From Eledone cirrhosa (lineage: Eukaryota): DNA of 64,000 bases. Each line of letters opens with the position of its first letter. Position 1 is the first letter of the stretch. The position numbers were made by a program, and so were the translations under genes. The stretch spans positions 206,708,001 through 206,772,000 of the forward strand of contig OZ024742.1 of NCBI GenBank assembly GCA_964016885.1, given 5' to 3'. Positions 62,032-64,000 of the stretch are shown here, in pieces. The notes below the pieces were generated by a model. It saw only the letters and a program-made list of their open reading frames with translations, ran no database searches and was not told where the DNA came from.

Positions 62032-63753
62032 CTAGCTGCAGTACCCGGTAATACCTGGAAAAAGTATTCGCAGTTCCTAGAGTGCGCCTGAAAATGCTAG
62101 TGACTCTGAGTGCCCATTCTGGATTTTCAATAGCAACCTTTGCTAGGTGTGTTTATGGCAGAACAATTTTTTGTGTGGAACTTTCAATAGCTGTTTAAGT
62201 CATAAGTCCTTCTTCCATCCAGCTTTCTTCATTCAGAGGGAATAAGCGGGAGTAGTTTGAGCTCGAAGAGTATCGAACTTATTCAACAAAGCTATGTAAA
62301 AGAATAGCAAACTTACTGCCTTAGCACTCAAGAACAAACGCAGAACAATTGAGGAAGTCATCGCAATTATTGAAGAAATTATTACCGAGTGAGCATATTC
62401 AGATACTGTTCAAGCACCCTATATATCACTGTTTGCCCAGAATGACTGAAACAATTCAATAAAACCATCCCCTTTTCCCCCTATAGTAAACATAACTCGA
62501 GAAAACACCATAATAAGTTGGATAAACAATCAGAAGTGTTGGCCCTTTAGTGAGCTAGTCCCAGGGTTACTTACTCCAGTAAGTACCACCGGATCCCAAC
62601 TACTAAATTTAATAGAAACATGTGATAGGAGAATTTTCCTATAAATTCATGTCTCGTGAGAGTTATCTCTCACTACAAAAAGTAATGATTAAAAGCAGAA
62701 CAATTTTCTCAACCGAGTATCAAAAGTAATTTGCATTTTATTGTAGTCCATGTTACAAAAGAGCAGTAAACAAATGTCTACGTAGCATTACGAGGTATAG
62801 TCCAGAACCATAAGATGTGGTTCGAAAAGTGTTAGCATGCTTGTGCTCAATGTGATCAATTTGAAGAAAAACCACCAAAAGAGAAAGATAGATTTGAGTT
62901 CCCTCTTTTATAATCCCTTGACCGGAAGTTACAAGGAAGAGTCTAGAATTTCAACGGGAAGTAACTCTAGTTACTTCCTTTGTCTAGAGAGCGCTACAGT
63001 CCTAAAGAGGGCCTTGTAACATTCACTGTTGCAAAGTGTCAATAATGGGGGAGAAGTTACATCTTCTTAATTTATGTTAATCTTACCACGTTCCGACACC
63101 TCGAAATATCGACAAAATAAACTCTACTCTCAAAGACGACATGTTACAATTAACATGCTGGAGGTACAAATATTCGTCAACATACGATTTGGATTTTATT
63201 CTTCGGACTAATCTCATGGTAAGCCAACTTCCCAGTCGTTGATCATCACACTTTTTTGTAACTTATCACCAATTCCTGCAGTTGACCTTGATCTGACCTA
63301 AGCATGTGCACGTGTTCAGAATCCATATCAGTGGATGTGATATATATATATATATATATACAGAGACATCTGTTCAGTCGTCAACCAAAATTAGATTGTC
63401 GTCGGCTTTGTTTGAAATTTCTTTATGTATATTTCTAATAAGTTGTTGCCTCGTTTTGGCAAACTGAGTTGGGGGAGGAGCAAGGGGTGTAGTGGGAGGG
63501 AGGATTTAACATACAATAGTAGTATCTCCTCTTCCCCCTCTCTCACTGAAAGGTCTTCTCTTTCCTCCTCCATTGTAAAGATGTCTGCAGGGGCTCCATT
63601 ACTGATTTTTATTGAAATCCAATTAGCCCGTCCTGTTTCTGAATATTAACATGTATGTAAAGTTTCACCAGGATCGGATCACTGGTGTAGGTGCCAACTG
63701 GTTATACACAGATACACAGACACACAGACAGAAATTGCCATTTATATAATAGA
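62032..63753 (-). mobile_element. Non-autonomous Helitron
   Basis: Minus strand: A|TCTATTATATAAATGGCAATTTCTGTCTGTGTG at the 5' end; imperfect hairpin CCAGGTATTACCGG then GTACTGCAGCTAG|T at the 3' end; A/T target, no TSD. Confidence 0.7.
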
Positions 63754-63786
<33 letters not shown>

Positions 63787-63791
63787 CATAC

Positions 63792-63827
<36 letters not shown>

Positions 63828-64000
63828 ATGTATATATATATCATCATCATTGAATGTCTATTTTTCCATACTTGCATGGGTTAGATGGGTTGTCACATTA
63901 TGAGACAAGTGAGGTCTGGAGACCAGGTGATGCTTACACAGATATGTATTTTGGCTTGGTTTCTACTACTGAATGCCCTTCCTAATACCAATTACATTAC

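Overview
AT-rich, microsatellite-dense animal DNA; the repeat content suggests an octopus or other cephalopod (inference). No intact host gene is recognisable, only weak exon candidates. The window is a nest of mostly decayed transposons: an R4/Dong LINE ending in (TAA)n, RTE LINEs carrying a PHD-like finger, CR1 and Tx1/L1 remnants, a Gypsy LTR element with two LTRs and a tRNA-Trp PBS, several Penelope-like element (PLE) fragments, two tRNA-derived SINE families, a non-autonomous Helitron and a piggyBac-type MITE. The strongest hidden signal is RNA structure. At least 9 near-intact and several decayed minimal hammerhead ribozymes (HHR) from about 10 sequence families are present. One is a non-coding 419-428 bp tandem unit with one HHR and one octamer (ATGCAAAT) per unit, which looks like a non-LTR retrozyme (newt satellite-2-like) able to release circularisable RNA monomers. 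A second, unrelated HHR+octamer unit, a hairpin-ended element with flip/flop loops and many fold-back palindromes also occur. All calls were made by eye; coordinates of decayed elements are approximate.
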